From NCBI GenBank assembly GCA_037137535.1, contig JBAXKC010000005.1, positions 32,001-96,000 of the forward strand: 64,000 nt of DNA, written 5' to 3'. A program made the position numbers and the translations under genes. Shown here in pieces: positions 1 to 10,444 of the stretch; position 1 is the stretch's first letter, and every line of letters begins with the position of its first letter. The stretch is from a bacterium (GTDB lineage Bacteria > Cyanobacteriota > Vampirovibrionia > Gastranaerophilales > JBAXKC01). A model generated the notes under the pieces. It did no database searches and was not told the origin of the DNA. It worked only from the letters and a program-made list of their open reading frames with translations.

Positions 1-1483
1 TGCTCAGCTCTTTATAAATTGAGTTCCAATCAGAGATGTTTCCACCTGATTTATAGACTTTTTCGATAATATTTGCAGTTCTTCTGTCTGCTCTTGATAA
101 AAAGGCTTGAATATAGTCCCATCTTGCACTTGTCGGTTTGAAATCCACATGAATTTTAGCTAACCCCTTTTTTAGCAGTTCAATTCGTTTTTTTATTTCT
201 TTATTAGCAAGACGTTCTTCTCTTTCAAAGGGGGTTTGGGCTTTTGGCACAAAAGAGCTTACGCTTAACGTGATTTTAAATCCTTTTTTGACAGATTTAA
301 GTCTTTTCATTAATTCTATAAATTCATAAATATCATCATCTGTTTCAGTCGGTAAACCTATCATTCCATAGATTTTAACACCTGTAAGTCCGTTTTCTGA
401 TGCTGTTTTTATGCAATTAACAATCATTTCTTCAGTTAGACGCTTGTTTATGACTTTTCTTAGTCTTTCGCTTCCTGCTTCTACTGCTATGGTTATATTT
501 TTTTGTCCGCATTCTGCAAGCATTTGAGCTACCTGCGGAGTTAATCTGTCTGCTCTTAAAGAAGAAACCGATACTTCAAACTTTTTTTCTTTTCTTCTAT
601 TACTTAAATAAGTGCAAATTTTCTCAAAATCTGGATGTAATGAAATTAATGCGCCTAATAATCCCAGTTTGCTTGAGTGTTCAAGCCCTATTTCTATTGC
701 TTTTATTATTTCTTCGTAGTCAGGGTATCTTGTTGGTAACGTTAAATAGCTTGCAATGCAGAATCTGCAGCGCATTGGACAGCCTCTTGAGATTTCAATT
801 AAGAACATATTAGAGAAAGCTATATTTTCTGAGATTATAGGTGTGTATAAGCATTTATTAAGCGGTTTTGTTACTTTACGTTCAATGCTCTTAGGGGTTT
901 CTTTACAAAGTGTTTTTATTGATGAGATTGTAAAATTTTCATTATAGGTAAACTCATATAATGAAGGAACATAAACGCCTTCCAGTTTTGAAAGTGCTAT
1001 AAGTTTTTCGTTTTTTGTTTTGTGCTTATTTTGTTTTAAAACGTCTATTATTTCGTCAAAAAGCTCTTCTCCGTCCCCTACCAAGAAAAAATCAAAAAAG
1101 GCTGAAAAAGGTTCGGGATTTGCTGTTACTACAGGACCACCCGCAAATAAAAGAGGATAGTTTTCATCTCTGTCTATGCTTTTTAATGGAATATTGAATT
1201 TATCAAGTATTTTAAATATACCTAGAAAATCTAACTCAAAAGAAAATGAAAAACCTGCCAGTTGTACATTTTTGGCATTATGAAAAGTTTTTTCCGTATC
1301 GGTAAAAATTCTTTCAGGTTTTACATCAGGATTTTCGTCTAAAAGTCTGAAAAGATAAGGATAGCCTAAAGATGACATGCCAATTGAGAAATCGGCAGGA
1401 AAACAAAACCAGACAGGCATTGCATCCGAATTTTTAACGGCAGGTTTATAAATGAACTTTTCAGCATTTTTAGGTGTTTTCAT
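1..1483 (-). CDS. Radical SAM protein with N-terminal B12-binding-like domain (partial, runs off window start)
   Basis: Not in ORF track. Manual translation from ATG at 1483: MKTPKNAEKFIYKPAV...GMSSLGYPYLF...AGGPVVTANPEPF...GDGEE; CxxxCxxC motif GCPMRCRFC near 757-783; later SVSSLRAD, AVEAGSERLR, YGMIGLPTET. Confidence 0.85.
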   Translation of the reverse strand, partial: MKTPKNAEKFIYKPAVKNSDAMPVWFCFPADFSIGMSSLGYPYLFRLLDENPDVKPERIFTDTEKTFHNAKNVQLAGFSFSFELDFLGIFKILDKFNIPLKSIDRDENYPLLFAGGPVVTANPEPFSAFFDFFLVGDGEELFDEIIDVLKQNKHKTKNEKLIALSKLEGVYVPSLYEFTYNENFTISSIKTLCKETPKSIERKVTKPLNKCLYTPIISENIAFSNMFLIEISRGCPMRCRFCIASYLTLPTRYPDYEEIIKAIEIGLEHSSKLGLLGALISLHPDFEKICTYLSNRRKEKKFEVSVSSLRADRLTPQVAQMLAECGQKNITIAVEAGSERLRKVINKRLTEEMIVNCIKTASENGLTGVKIYGMIGLPTETDDDIYEFIELMKRLKSVKKGFKITLSVSSFVPKAQTPFEREERLANKEIKKRIELLKKGLAKIHVDFKPTSARWDYIQAFLSRADRRTANIIEKVYKSGGNISDWNSIYKELS

Positions 1484-1646
1484 AATATTAATAATATACC
1501 ATTTAAAAATAATAAGTTTTAAAATAAAGATAACCAGTTAGAAATACTATAAACTTATTTTTATTTCATCAAAGATTTAAAGGATTTATTAAAAGTGTTA
1601 GTTTAAAATAATGAGTAAAATACAAATAATATAGAAATAGTGATAG

Positions 1647-2699
1647 ATGAACTTAAAACTTTCTAAAAATGAAATAATTGAGTTACTTTCAGAAAATGAT
1701 ATTTTGAAGCTAGCTGGAATTGCTGATGAAGTTAAGCAAGAGCTTCATTATAATACTGATATAGCTACTTTTGTGGTTGACAGAAATATTAACTATACAA
1801 ATATTTGCAGTTGTAAATGTAAATTTTGTGCATTTTATAAAACAAAAGATCAGGATGATTCGTATATTCTTTTTTATCCCGAAATTAAAGAAAAAATTCA
1901 AGAATTAGTTGATATTAAAGGTACACAGATTTTAATGCAAGGTGGATTGAACTCAGCGCTTGGCTTTGACTATTATTTGAATATTGTTTCTTCTATAAAA
2001 AAAGATTTTCCTTCTATTGATATACATTCTTTTTCACCTGCTGAAATTGATTTTATTGCTAAAAATGAAAAGATAAGCCACATCGAAGTGATTCAAGAGT
2101 TTAAAAAACTGGGATTATCTTCAATTCCGGGTGGTGGTGCTGAAATATTAAGTGATAATATCAGAAATAAAATTAGTCCCAATAAAATAACTTCTGAAAG
2201 ATGGCTTGAAATCATGAAGTCTGTTCATGAACTGGGAATGAGTTCCACTGCTACAATGGTTTATGGTTTTGGTGAATCGTTGGAAGATATATTTGAACAT
2301 CTTGAAAAAATTAAAAAATTACAGTCAGAAACAGGCGGATTTACTGCGTTTATTCCATGGAGTTTTGCAGCTGAAAATACTGAGCTTGCTTCTAACGTAA
2401 AATTTTATGAAACAACTGCCTTTGACTACTTAAAAATTCTTGCTGTTTCAAGGATAATGCTTAATAATATAAAAAATATTCAAGTATCATGGGTTACACA
2501 AGGATTAAAAGTTGCTCAATTGGGCTTGAAGTTTGGAGCCAATGATTTTGGCGGTACAATGTTAGAAGAAAATGTAGTAAAAGCAGCAGGAGTTGTTAAT
2601 AAATCTACTAAAACTGAAATAATCAAAAATATTAAAATGGCTGGTTTCGTTCCCGCACAAAGAAATACAGCTTATGAACTTTTAAACATTTATAATTAG
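1647..2699 (+). CDS. mqnC: Cyclic dehypoxanthinyl futalosine synthase (radical SAM, futalosine menaquinone pathway)
   Basis: FVVDRNINYTNIC-x3-C-x2-C, SIPGGGAEIL, GGFTAFIPWSF, QVSWVTQG, GANDFGGTMLEENVV. Confidence 0.85.
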   Translation: MNLKLSKNEIIELLSENDILKLAGIADEVKQELHYNTDIATFVVDRNINYTNICSCKCKFCAFYKTKDQDDSYILFYPEIKEKIQELVDIKGTQILMQGGLNSALGFDYYLNIVSSIKKDFPSIDIHSFSPAEIDFIAKNEKISHIEVIQEFKKLGLSSIPGGGAEILSDNIRNKISPNKITSERWLEIMKSVHELGMSSTATMVYGFGESLEDIFEHLEKIKKLQSETGGFTAFIPWSFAAENTELASNVKFYETTAFDYLKILAVSRIMLNNIKNIQVSWVTQGLKVAQLGLKFGANDFGGTMLEENVVKAAGVVNKSTKTEIIKNIKMAGFVPAQRNTAYELLNIYN

Positions 2700-2728
2700 A
2701 GCTACATATATATATTTAAGGAGAAGTC

Positions 2729-4084
2729 ATGAAAAATACCGTTAACCAGTCAATAATGCCCAAAACCGCTGTTATTAACGAAAATGGACACCTTCAGGTG
2801 GGTGGTTGTGACGTTGTGGATTTAGTCGAAAAATACGGTTCACCTCTTTATGTATATGACGAAGAAACAGTAAGATCAGCATGTAGAGAATATAAAGAAG
2901 CCTTTTCCGCTTATCCTGATACAAAAATTTTATATGCTTCAAAAGCATTTTTGACACAAGCAATGGCTTGTATATTTGCTCAAGAAGGATTAGGACTTGA
3001 CGTTGTTTCGGGTGGGGAAATATATACAGCTTACAAAGCAGGCTTTCCTCTTGAAAGAGCTTATTTCAACGGGAACAATAAATCTTCAGAAGAACTAGAG
3101 CTTGCAATAGATACAGGCGTTGGCAGAGTAACGGTTGATAATTTCTTTGAGCTGGCTTTGCTTGATAGTGTTGCAAAATCAAAAGAAACAACAGTGAAAA
3201 TTTTATTAAGAATTACACCTGGTATTGATGTTCATACTCATGAATATATTAAAACAGGGACTTTAGATAGTAAATTCGGTTTTGATATGACGCAGCTTGA
3301 CGAAGCGATTGAGTTAATTAAAGAAGAATATTCAAATCTTGAATTAGTGGGGCTTCATGCTCATATAGGTTCACAAATATTTGAAATTGCTCAACCTTAT
3401 AATGATTTAATCGAAGTTGTTTCAAAGCAATTTGCTTTAATTAGAGAAAAGCATAACATTGAATTAACAGAAATGAATGTTGGCGGTGGACTTGGCATAA
3501 CTTATACTCAAGTTGATAATCCTCCATCCATGTTTGAACTTGCTGAAGTTATATTAAAAGCGTTTAATAAATGTAATGAAGAATATAAATTAAATAGTCC
3601 TACTTTGATAATTGAACCGGGTAGAAGTGCAATTTGTACATCAGGCGTTACTTTATATACTGTAGGAAGTGCTAAACAAGTTCCTGAAGGTAGAAAATAT
3701 ATTGCTGTAGATGGTGGAATGGCTGATAATCCAAGACCTTCAATGTATCAGGCAAAATATCATGCGATTGTAGCTAATAAAGCCAATGAAACAGCAACCG
3801 AAACAGTTACTATGGCAGGAAGATATTGTGAATCAGGCGATATCCTTATTAGAGATATTGAACTTCCTGAAACTGAAGCAGGAGATATCATTTGTGTATT
3901 TAACACAGGAGCTTACAATTATTCAATGGCAAGCAACTATAACAGAGTACCAAGACCTGCTGCCGTAATAGTCGAAAATGCTAATTCTGATATAATTATA
4001 GAAAGAGAATCTTATGATAATCTTATTTGCCTGGATAAAGTTCCTCAAAGATTATCCTGTAAGAAACCGGAAGGTGTTTTATAG
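2729..4084 (+). CDS. lysA: Diaminopimelate decarboxylase
   Basis: YASKAF PLP lysine, DSKFG, HAHIGSQI, EPGRS, YCESGD, GAYNYSMASNYN; RBS AAGGAG. Confidence 0.97.
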   Translation: MKNTVNQSIMPKTAVINENGHLQVGGCDVVDLVEKYGSPLYVYDEETVRSACREYKEAFSAYPDTKILYASKAFLTQAMACIFAQEGLGLDVVSGGEIYTAYKAGFPLERAYFNGNNKSSEELELAIDTGVGRVTVDNFFELALLDSVAKSKETTVKILLRITPGIDVHTHEYIKTGTLDSKFGFDMTQLDEAIELIKEEYSNLELVGLHAHIGSQIFEIAQPYNDLIEVVSKQFALIREKHNIELTEMNVGGGLGITYTQVDNPPSMFELAEVILKAFNKCNEEYKLNSPTLIIEPGRSAICTSGVTLYTVGSAKQVPEGRKYIAVDGGMADNPRPSMYQAKYHAIVANKANETATETVTMAGRYCESGDILIRDIELPETEAGDIICVFNTGAYNYSMASNYNRVPRPAAVIVENANSDIIIERESYDNLICLDKVPQRLSCKKPEGVL

Positions 4085-4956
4085 TGCTGAATTACCTGCA
4101 AGGAATTGATTTAAAAGATATTGTATACTCAATTAAAGGGTTAAATCCCGTTAATTTTATTGAGTTAACTTTCCTTGTTATCGTCATTTTTATAATCTAT
4201 AGGAAAATCAAGGGTTCACAGGCTGAGCAACTTCTAAAAGGCATATTAATGCTCTTTCTTGCTCTTATTTTAAGTCATGTTTTTCAGTTGCATATAATAG
4301 GTAAAGTCCTTGAAAGTATCGTGAATATAGTAATTTTCAGTTTGGTTGTTATTTTTCAGCCTGAATTGAGAAGATTACTCGGTTATCTGGGGCAACCGGG
4401 GATAATTAATAAAAATATACTTTCTCCTCAACGAGACTCTGATACAAAATCTATTGTCGATGAAATTATTGAAGCAGTTAAGCATCTAAGTAAATCACAT
4501 ATTGGAGCTTTGCTGGTATTTAAAAATGTCGTTGGGAATGAAAGTTTTCTTGAAGTTGGGACAAAATTAAATGCTAATGTAACTCATGAATTGATATTAA
4601 CTATTTTTCACCCGAATACACCTTTGCATGACGGTGCAACAGTAATAAGCAATGATCAAATTGTTGCTGCGGGCGTATTATTGCCATTAACAGAAGATCC
4701 TACTCTTAGTTGGAAGTACGGCACAAGACACAGAGCTGCTATTGGAATGTCAGAAGTCAGTGATGCTGTTTGCCTTGTTGTTTCAGAAGAAACAGGTGAT
4801 ATTTCTATGGCTCAAGGTGGATTGTTGACCAAATTCTCTAATACTGATGAATTAAAAAGAGAACTTATGGCTGTTTTAGGTTGCAATGAAGACGAGGATA
4901 AAAATATTACTTTAGATAAGAATTCTTTGACCTTTGGTTTGTTCAAGCATAAATAG
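4084..4956 (+). CDS. cdaA: Membrane diadenylate cyclase CdaA (c-di-AMP synthase)
   Basis: Three N-terminal TM helices, IFQPELRR, PLHDGA, GTRHRAA, VSEETG; GTG start overlaps lysA stop. Confidence 0.95.
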   Translation: MLNYLQGIDLKDIVYSIKGLNPVNFIELTFLVIVIFIIYRKIKGSQAEQLLKGILMLFLALILSHVFQLHIIGKVLESIVNIVIFSLVVIFQPELRRLLGYLGQPGIINKNILSPQRDSDTKSIVDEIIEAVKHLSKSHIGALLVFKNVVGNESFLEVGTKLNANVTHELILTIFHPNTPLHDGATVISNDQIVAAGVLLPLTEDPTLSWKYGTRHRAAIGMSEVSDAVCLVVSEETGDISMAQGGLLTKFSNTDELKRELMAVLGCNEDEDKNITLDKNSLTFGLFKHK

Positions 4957-4992
4957 ATTTTTAGCTTAATTGCTTTTTACTTTATTACTTTT

Positions 4993-5028
4993 AAATAAAA
5001 TCAGCTTAATATTAGGCTGATTTTATTT
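4993..5028 (+). terminator. Intrinsic terminator after cdaA
   Basis: AAATAAAATCAGC...GCTGATTTTATTT inverted repeat. Confidence 0.75.
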
Positions 5029-5090
5029 GTGTTTTCTTTGTTTATCTCATAGAATGGCTATAATAGATTAATCCTTTTGGAGCATTAAGT

Positions 5091-6452
5091 TTGGCAGAGC
5101 ATATTATTGAAAAAAAATTGGAAAAATTGCCGCCACAAAGTTTAGAAGCAGAACAGGCTGTTCTGGGGGCTTTGTTAGTAAATCCTATTGCTATAACAAG
5201 AGTTATAGAGACGTTAAAAGCTGATAGTTTCTATAAACAGGCACATAAGGTGATTTATTCTGTTGTTATTTCTTTATATAACGGAAATGAGCCTATTGAT
5301 GTCGTAACTGTATCCGAGCAATTAAGAGATATGGGCAAACTTGACATGGTTGGCGGACGTTCTTATATAAATGATTTGGCATTATCTGTAATAACTACTG
5401 CAAATATAGAATATTATGCAAAAATAATTTCAGAAAAGCATATAAGAAGAGAACTTATAAGAGCGAACTCTGAAATTGTAACTATGGCCTTTGAAGAAAA
5501 TGAAATCGGTAGCTTGCTTGATTTTGCCGAGCATGAGATTTTTTCAATTGCTCAAGGTAAAGCCTCAAATGATTTAGTACCTGTTAAAGATTTCGTTATG
5601 ACTTGTTATAGTCAGATTGAGATGAGATACAATAATCGTGATGAGATTATTGGTGTGCCTACAGGGTTTTATGATCTTGATAATATGACGGCAGGGCTTC
5701 AGCCTTCTGATTTGATAATTTTAGCGGCAAGACCTTCTATGGGTAAAACTGCTTTTTGTTTGAATATTGCACAAGAAGTCGGAATTAGAAAAAAAATTCC
5801 TGTTGCTATATTCAGTTTAGAGATGTCAAAAGAGCAACTTGTTCAGCGTATGTTATGTTCAGAGGCTGAGATCGATTCTAATAGGCTTAGAACAGGTCAT
5901 ATGCAGACAGAAGACTGGGGAAGACTTGCTAATGCAATGGGAGTCTTATCTGATGCGCCTATATTTATTGATGATAGCGCAGGGGCAACTGTTTTAGACA
6001 TTAGAGCAAAATGTAGAAGACTTGCAATGGAGCATGGTAATTTAGGTTTAGTTATTATTGACTATTTACAGCTCATGGAAGGCCCTGAAGGCAAAAATGA
6101 TAGGGTTCAAGTAATTTCTGCTATATCAAGAGGCTTGAAAAACCTTGCAAGAGAGATTAAAGCACCTGTTATAGCATTATCTCAGTTATCAAGGGCTGTA
6201 GAATCAAGACAAATTAAAAAGCCTATGCTTAGTGATCTTAGAGAGAGCGGAAGTATTGAGCAAGATGCTGATATTGTTATGTTCATTTATAGGGATGAGT
6301 ATTACAATCAGGAAAATACTGATCTTAAAGGAAAAGCGGAAATTATTATTGCAAAACAAAGAAACGGCCCTGTTGGATCTGTTGAGCTTTTATTCCAATC
6401 AAATATAACTAAGTTTAAAAATCAGGCAACTGTTAGAACACATAGTTTTTAA
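5091..6452 (+). CDS. dnaB: Replicative DNA helicase
   Basis: PPQSLEAEQAVLG, AARPSMGKT, FSLEMS, IDYLQLM, LSQLSR, DLRESGSIEQDAD, KQRNGP; no intein. Confidence 0.98.
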   Translation: MAEHIIEKKLEKLPPQSLEAEQAVLGALLVNPIAITRVIETLKADSFYKQAHKVIYSVVISLYNGNEPIDVVTVSEQLRDMGKLDMVGGRSYINDLALSVITTANIEYYAKIISEKHIRRELIRANSEIVTMAFEENEIGSLLDFAEHEIFSIAQGKASNDLVPVKDFVMTCYSQIEMRYNNRDEIIGVPTGFYDLDNMTAGLQPSDLIILAARPSMGKTAFCLNIAQEVGIRKKIPVAIFSLEMSKEQLVQRMLCSEAEIDSNRLRTGHMQTEDWGRLANAMGVLSDAPIFIDDSAGATVLDIRAKCRRLAMEHGNLGLVIIDYLQLMEGPEGKNDRVQVISAISRGLKNLAREIKAPVIALSQLSRAVESRQIKKPMLSDLRESGSIEQDADIVMFIYRDEYYNQENTDLKGKAEIIIAKQRNGPVGSVELLFQSNITKFKNQATVRTHSF

Positions 6453-6472
6453 AAGTTAAAATATTTTAAATA

Positions 6473-6507
6473 AATAAGCTTAATACTAAAGTGCTATTAA
6501 GTTTATT
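6473..6507 (+). terminator. Hairpin after dnaB
   Basis: AATAAGCTTAATA...TATTAAGTTTATT. Confidence 0.5.
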
Positions 6508-6681
6508 AGTATTATAATTTTTTTGATATTTTTCTTTCTTAATATAGCTCTTAATCTATATTCTTTTACAAGCATTTTAGACAATTGTCCGATGATAATA
6601 GATTGCAAAAAAGTCTAATATTGAATTAATAAATCATAAAAAGATTTAATTGAAATTTAGAGAAGAGAGAAGGGGAAGAAT

Positions 6682-7353
6682 ATGCATGAAAATAAAATTA
6701 GGCTTCTCATGGTTGAAGATCACAAATTATTAAGAGTAGGTTTGAAATCTATATTTGAAGAATATTCGAATTTAGAAGTTGTCGGAGAGGCAGAGGATGG
6801 GGCTACTTCGGTAAAATTAGCCAAAGAACTTAATCCTGACGTAGTTTTAATGGATATTGGCTTACCTGTAATGAACGGAATTGAGGCAACCAAAAAAATC
6901 AAGGAATATAATCCAGATATTAAGGTTATAGTTTTAACTTCTCATCACACAGAAGACGAGGTTATTCAAGTTATTGCAGCAGGTGCTAATGCTTTTGCAA
7001 TGAAAGATATTAAAACAGAATATTTAATCATGGTTATTCAGTCTGTAAATGAAGGTGCTTTTTGGCTTGATCCTGCAATTGCAAAAGTTGTACTTGAAAA
7101 AAAACCTGCTATTATGACTCAACAAAAGCCTCAATCAAGAGCAAGTTTTAAAGCTGAGCATTCTAATCTTACTGAAAGAGAGTATGAAGTGTTAAAGTTG
7201 GTTGTAGACGGTCAATCCAATAACGATATCGCTAAAACTCTTAATATTAGCGAACATACAGCTAAAGCTCATGTTTGCAGTATTATTCAAAAATTAGTTG
7301 TAGATGATAGAACACAAGCCGCAGTAAAAGCCCTTAAAGATGGCTTAGTTTAA
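6682..7353 (+). CDS. NarL/FixJ-family response regulator (REC + LuxR HTH), no adjacent kinase
   Basis: VEDH, DVVLMDIGLP phospho-Asp, LTEREYEVL...SNNDIA...ISEHTAKAHV. Confidence 0.93.
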   Translation: MHENKIRLLMVEDHKLLRVGLKSIFEEYSNLEVVGEAEDGATSVKLAKELNPDVVLMDIGLPVMNGIEATKKIKEYNPDIKVIVLTSHHTEDEVIQVIAAGANAFAMKDIKTEYLIMVIQSVNEGAFWLDPAIAKVVLEKKPAIMTQQKPQSRASFKAEHSNLTEREYEVLKLVVDGQSNNDIAKTLNISEHTAKAHVCSIIQKLVVDDRTQAAVKALKDGLV

Positions 7354-7363
7354 TCTTTTAAAT

Positions 7364-7392
7364 GGGGAGCAGTAAAGTTATTACTGCTTCCT
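7364..7392 (+). terminator. Hairpin terminator after response regulator
   Basis: GGGGAGCAGTAA...TTACTGCTTCCT. Confidence 0.65.
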
Positions 7393-7485
7393 TAGGTTTT
7401 AGCCATAATTAATATAACTGATTTACCCATTGTCTTTTTGTAAAAATAATTTATAATTTATTAAGCATTATAAAAATAAAAAATT

Positions 7486-7932
7486 GTGGGTTTTATGGAA
7501 GAATTGTGGAAAATTGAATTTACTGATGATTTATTAACAGGAATTAATGAAGTTGACGATGCGCATAGGCAATTGGCACAAAGTGCGAATGATCTTTATG
7601 AAATGTGTATAAATATTGATACAAAAAAAAATGATTTACTTGATTACATGGAAAAAGTTCAAGATGTATTATGCGCTCATTTTGATAAGGAAATAGCATT
7701 GTTTGAGTCTTATAATCTGGATGATTGTCAAGCACATAAGCAAATACATGAAAAGTTTAAAGAATCTGTTTTGAATTTAGTAACAAAACCAAGTCCTGTT
7801 TTAGTAAAAGGTATGATGTTAAATCAGCTTATTAATCACTATCTTAAAGATCATTTTTTAAAAGAAGATAAAGAATGCATTATTAAGATACGAAAAATAA
7901 ACTCTGATCGTCTAAAAGATAACTTAAATTAG
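7486..7932 (+). CDS. Hemerythrin-family non-heme di-iron protein
   Basis: TGINEVDDAH, HFDKE, HKQIH, HFLKED ligand spacing. Confidence 0.85.
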   Translation: MGFMEELWKIEFTDDLLTGINEVDDAHRQLAQSANDLYEMCINIDTKKNDLLDYMEKVQDVLCAHFDKEIALFESYNLDDCQAHKQIHEKFKESVLNLVTKPSPVLVKGMMLNQLINHYLKDHFLKEDKECIIKIRKINSDRLKDNLN

Positions 7933-7957
7933 TTATTTAGAAATTAATATATGGGAG

Positions 7958-7988
7958 AAGAAAGTTATAATTCTTTATAACTTTCTTT
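7958..7988 (+). terminator. Hairpin after hemerythrin
   Basis: AAGAAAGTTATAA...TTATAACTTTCTT. Confidence 0.55.
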
Positions 7989-8015
7989 ATTTTATAGGTG
8001 TAATATGAAAATTAT

Positions 8016-8301
8016 ATGAATAATGAAAGTGATTTAATTGAATATATAGATAAAACTAAGAGATTATTTTATAAACATTTTGATACTGAAGTCGCTTTGT
8101 TTCGTAAATTAAATTTAGAAGAATGTGATTATCATGAAAATTTACACTTTGAATTTAAAGAGGATCTTGCTGATTTAACTCTAGAAATGTTCCTGTGCTT
8201 ACTAAAGCACTAAGGTTAAATTAAATAGTTTTATATTACTTGAAAAATCATTTACCTATGTATGATAAGACTTGTATTGAAAAATAAGGAAATTAAAATA
8301 A
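8016..8301 (+). pseudogene. Degraded hemerythrin paralogue of 7486-7932
   Basis: Frame 1 gives DLIEYIDK..HFDTEVALF..CDYHENLHFEFKE; after a frameshift near 8180 it reads SRNVPVLTKALRLN*IVLYYLKNHLPMYDKTCIEK, aligning to PSPVLVKGMMLNQLINHYLKDHFLKEDKECIIK; N-terminus missing. Confidence 0.8.
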
Positions 8302-8429
8302 ATTTATTTTTATCTCTATGTAAATCTAATGCGTTTGATTATTGGTTATAAATAAAGTAATATGATACAATCAAGCTATTAATATCAGATTTATTGTATT
8401 AAATCTGCCGTTAAATTCAGAAAGGTTTA

Positions 8430-8714
8430 ATGATGAGTGACAATCAAAATAAAGTCATTTCACTCGCTGGTGCAAGAGAAAAAGATAAAGAAAAGCAATC
8501 AGATAAAAGTAATGAAAACAAAGAACCTCAGGTTCATTGTTCATTTTGTGGACGACCAAATTTTCAGGTTCTAAAAATGATAAAAGGTCCAGGGGTTAAT
8601 ATTTGCTCTGAGTGTGTAATGATTTGTATTCAGTTTTTAATTCTTGAAGATAGAGTTTCCTCTCCGGAAGTACAAAGGGTTTTAGACCAGTTTTGGCAAG
8701 GGTTTAGAAAATAA
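8430..8714 (+). CDS. Stand-alone ClpX-type C4 zinc-finger protein
   Basis: CSFCGR...KMIKGPGVNICSECV matches the ClpX N-terminal zinc-binding domain; no AAA+ domain. Confidence 0.85.
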   Translation: MMSDNQNKVISLAGAREKDKEKQSDKSNENKEPQVHCSFCGRPNFQVLKMIKGPGVNICSECVMICIQFLILEDRVSSPEVQRVLDQFWQGFRK

Positions 8715-10444
8715 TGTCAAAGAGAACATTATCAAAACTTCAAATAAGATCAGAGATTTTATCAATATTATCAGTATTTAATAATATTGAAGATACTCCT
8801 AAAGAAAAACAGGATGAGGTTCTAAAGTCATTAAAGACCATAGAAAATAAATCTGATGTATTTGATTTTTTGCTTAAAGAATTGCCTAAATTAAGTATTG
8901 AACAAGCTCAAGTTGTAATTTATCTGTTTATTGAATTGGGTTCTTTGGATGAATTAAAAGAACCGTTATGGGCTTTTATAAAAGATTCTAATTCTTCTGA
9001 TGAACTTAAAGATCTCGCAGGTATTGCTTTACGTAGTCTTGGTGATGTTTCGGATACTCAGGTTTTTTTAAATTATCTTGATGATCCAAAAGCTGTTATT
9101 GATAAAGAAACTCAAAAGTTGCTTGAACTTGCAAAAATCAATCCGGAAGCGCAAATCGATTTTTTTGATTTTTTATTTTCGCTTCCTGAGGAAGAACAAC
9201 TTTCTCTTATAAGTTCATTAAAAACAGATTATTCAGGTGAATATATTGTAAATGTTCTTGTTCCCGCCTTGGAGTCAAACCCTTCGGGCAGAATTAAAGA
9301 AGCTTTAATAGAGGCATTGGGTGAAAGTAAGAATGAAGGTGCTGTTTCAATATTAAATGATATAGTTGATAATTCTACTGATTTGAAATTGAAGAAATTA
9401 GCTAAAAAAAATCTGACATTATTAAAAATTTCCGGCATAGATATAGAAAATAACATAGCTGATAAAAGAGGTGATACTCTTTGTAAGCATACCGATATAT
9501 ATGAATGTTACGCTAGTAATGTTGATGGTGTTGGTAATCAGGGCATTATTATAAGTAGAATAAAACCAAATCAAGATATTATGATGTTTACTGTCGTTAT
9601 AAATGATCTTGAAGGTATTGTTGATTGTTTTGGTTTTAACGGTATAAGTAAAACTGATTTTTCGAGAATTATTCATAAATTTCAAGAGAAATCAACACGT
9701 CTTTCGGTTTCGCCTGAATATTGCAAGTATAAACTTATACAGGCTGAAAGAATTAACAAAAAAAATAATTCAAATATTACTTATGAATATTCAGCATGGA
9801 AGATATTAACTCATGACTTTTTAGCGTTAGAAGAGCCTGTTGAAAATATTGCATTGGCTTGGGGGAATATTAATTATATATTTCAAGGATGTAATCTTTA
9901 TAATTATCCCGATTTTAAATACTGGTTTTTTGAAGAGTCAGATCATCCTAAAATTAAAGAATTTTTAGATAAAATTGTTAATAATATTCTTAAAGATGTG
10001 ACTTATTATAAAGAAAATATAGATAAGTTGTTTGTATATTTGAATAATGAAATAAAATTAATTCTTCCTGAAATTTTTGATGATAAATTAAGGGCTTGTT
10101 ATAAAAACAGATTACTAAATATCGCATATCTTATGGATTTGCAAGGATTTAACTCTTTTAGAAATATATCAAGTTCTGTTGCTATTTCACTTGATGCTAA
10201 TTATAAAGTACCATTATCTGAAAATGTATTTGTTTTTGAATTGATGAAAAAAACTGTTAGTGAAGGTTTTTTACGACACAGGCAAAAACTTAAAGATGCT
10301 CAGCTAAATTCACAATTTGTAACATCATGGAATATTAAAAAATTGAAACAAGCTCAAGAACCTTTGCCGGCTTGTGATGATAGTGGAGTTTGCGAGATAA
10401 TTGACCTTTTATATGAAGAATGGATGTTTAAACCGTCATGTTAG
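8714..10444 (+). CDS. Hypothetical protein with HEAT/armadillo-like helical repeats
   Basis: LKDLAGIALRSLGD, IKEALIEALGESKNEGAVSIL repeats; TAATG coupling to upstream gene. Confidence 0.6.
   Translation: MSKRTLSKLQIRSEILSILSVFNNIEDTPKEKQDEVLKSLKTIENKSDVFDFLLKELPKLSIEQAQVVIYLFIELGSLDELKEPLWAFIKDSNSSDELKDLAGIALRSLGDVSDTQVFLNYLDDPKAVIDKETQKLLELAKINPEAQIDFFDFLFSLPEEEQLSLISSLKTDYSGEYIVNVLVPALESNPSGRIKEALIEALGESKNEGAVSILNDIVDNSTDLKLKKLAKKNLTLLKISGIDIENNIADKRGDTLCKHTDIYECYASNVDGVGNQGIIISRIKPNQDIMMFTVVINDLEGIVDCFGFNGISKTDFSRIIHKFQEKSTRLSVSPEYCKYKLIQAERINKKNNSNITYEYSAWKILTHDFLALEEPVENIALAWGNINYIFQGCNLYNYPDFKYWFFEESDHPKIKEFLDKIVNNILKDVTYYKENIDKLFVYLNNEIKLILPEIFDDKLRACYKNRLLNIAYLMDLQGFNSFRNISSSVAISLDANYKVPLSENVFVFELMKKTVSEGFLRHRQKLKDAQLNSQFVTSWNIKKLKQAQEPLPACDDSGVCEIIDLLYEEWMFKPSC

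Noticed and set aside
756-1197. Short plus-strand ORFs (756-947, 1015-1197) and the many other 60-130 aa ORFs nested in or antisense to long genes
   Set aside because: Shadow ORFs of well-supported genes, with no motifs or RBS
5091-6452. Intein in dnaB, common in cyanobacteria
   Set aside because: Protein is normal length with contiguous motifs
6569-6595. Possible sigma-28 promoter (CAAG-N15-TCCGATGA) before the response regulator
   Set aside because: Too degenerate to support without TSS data
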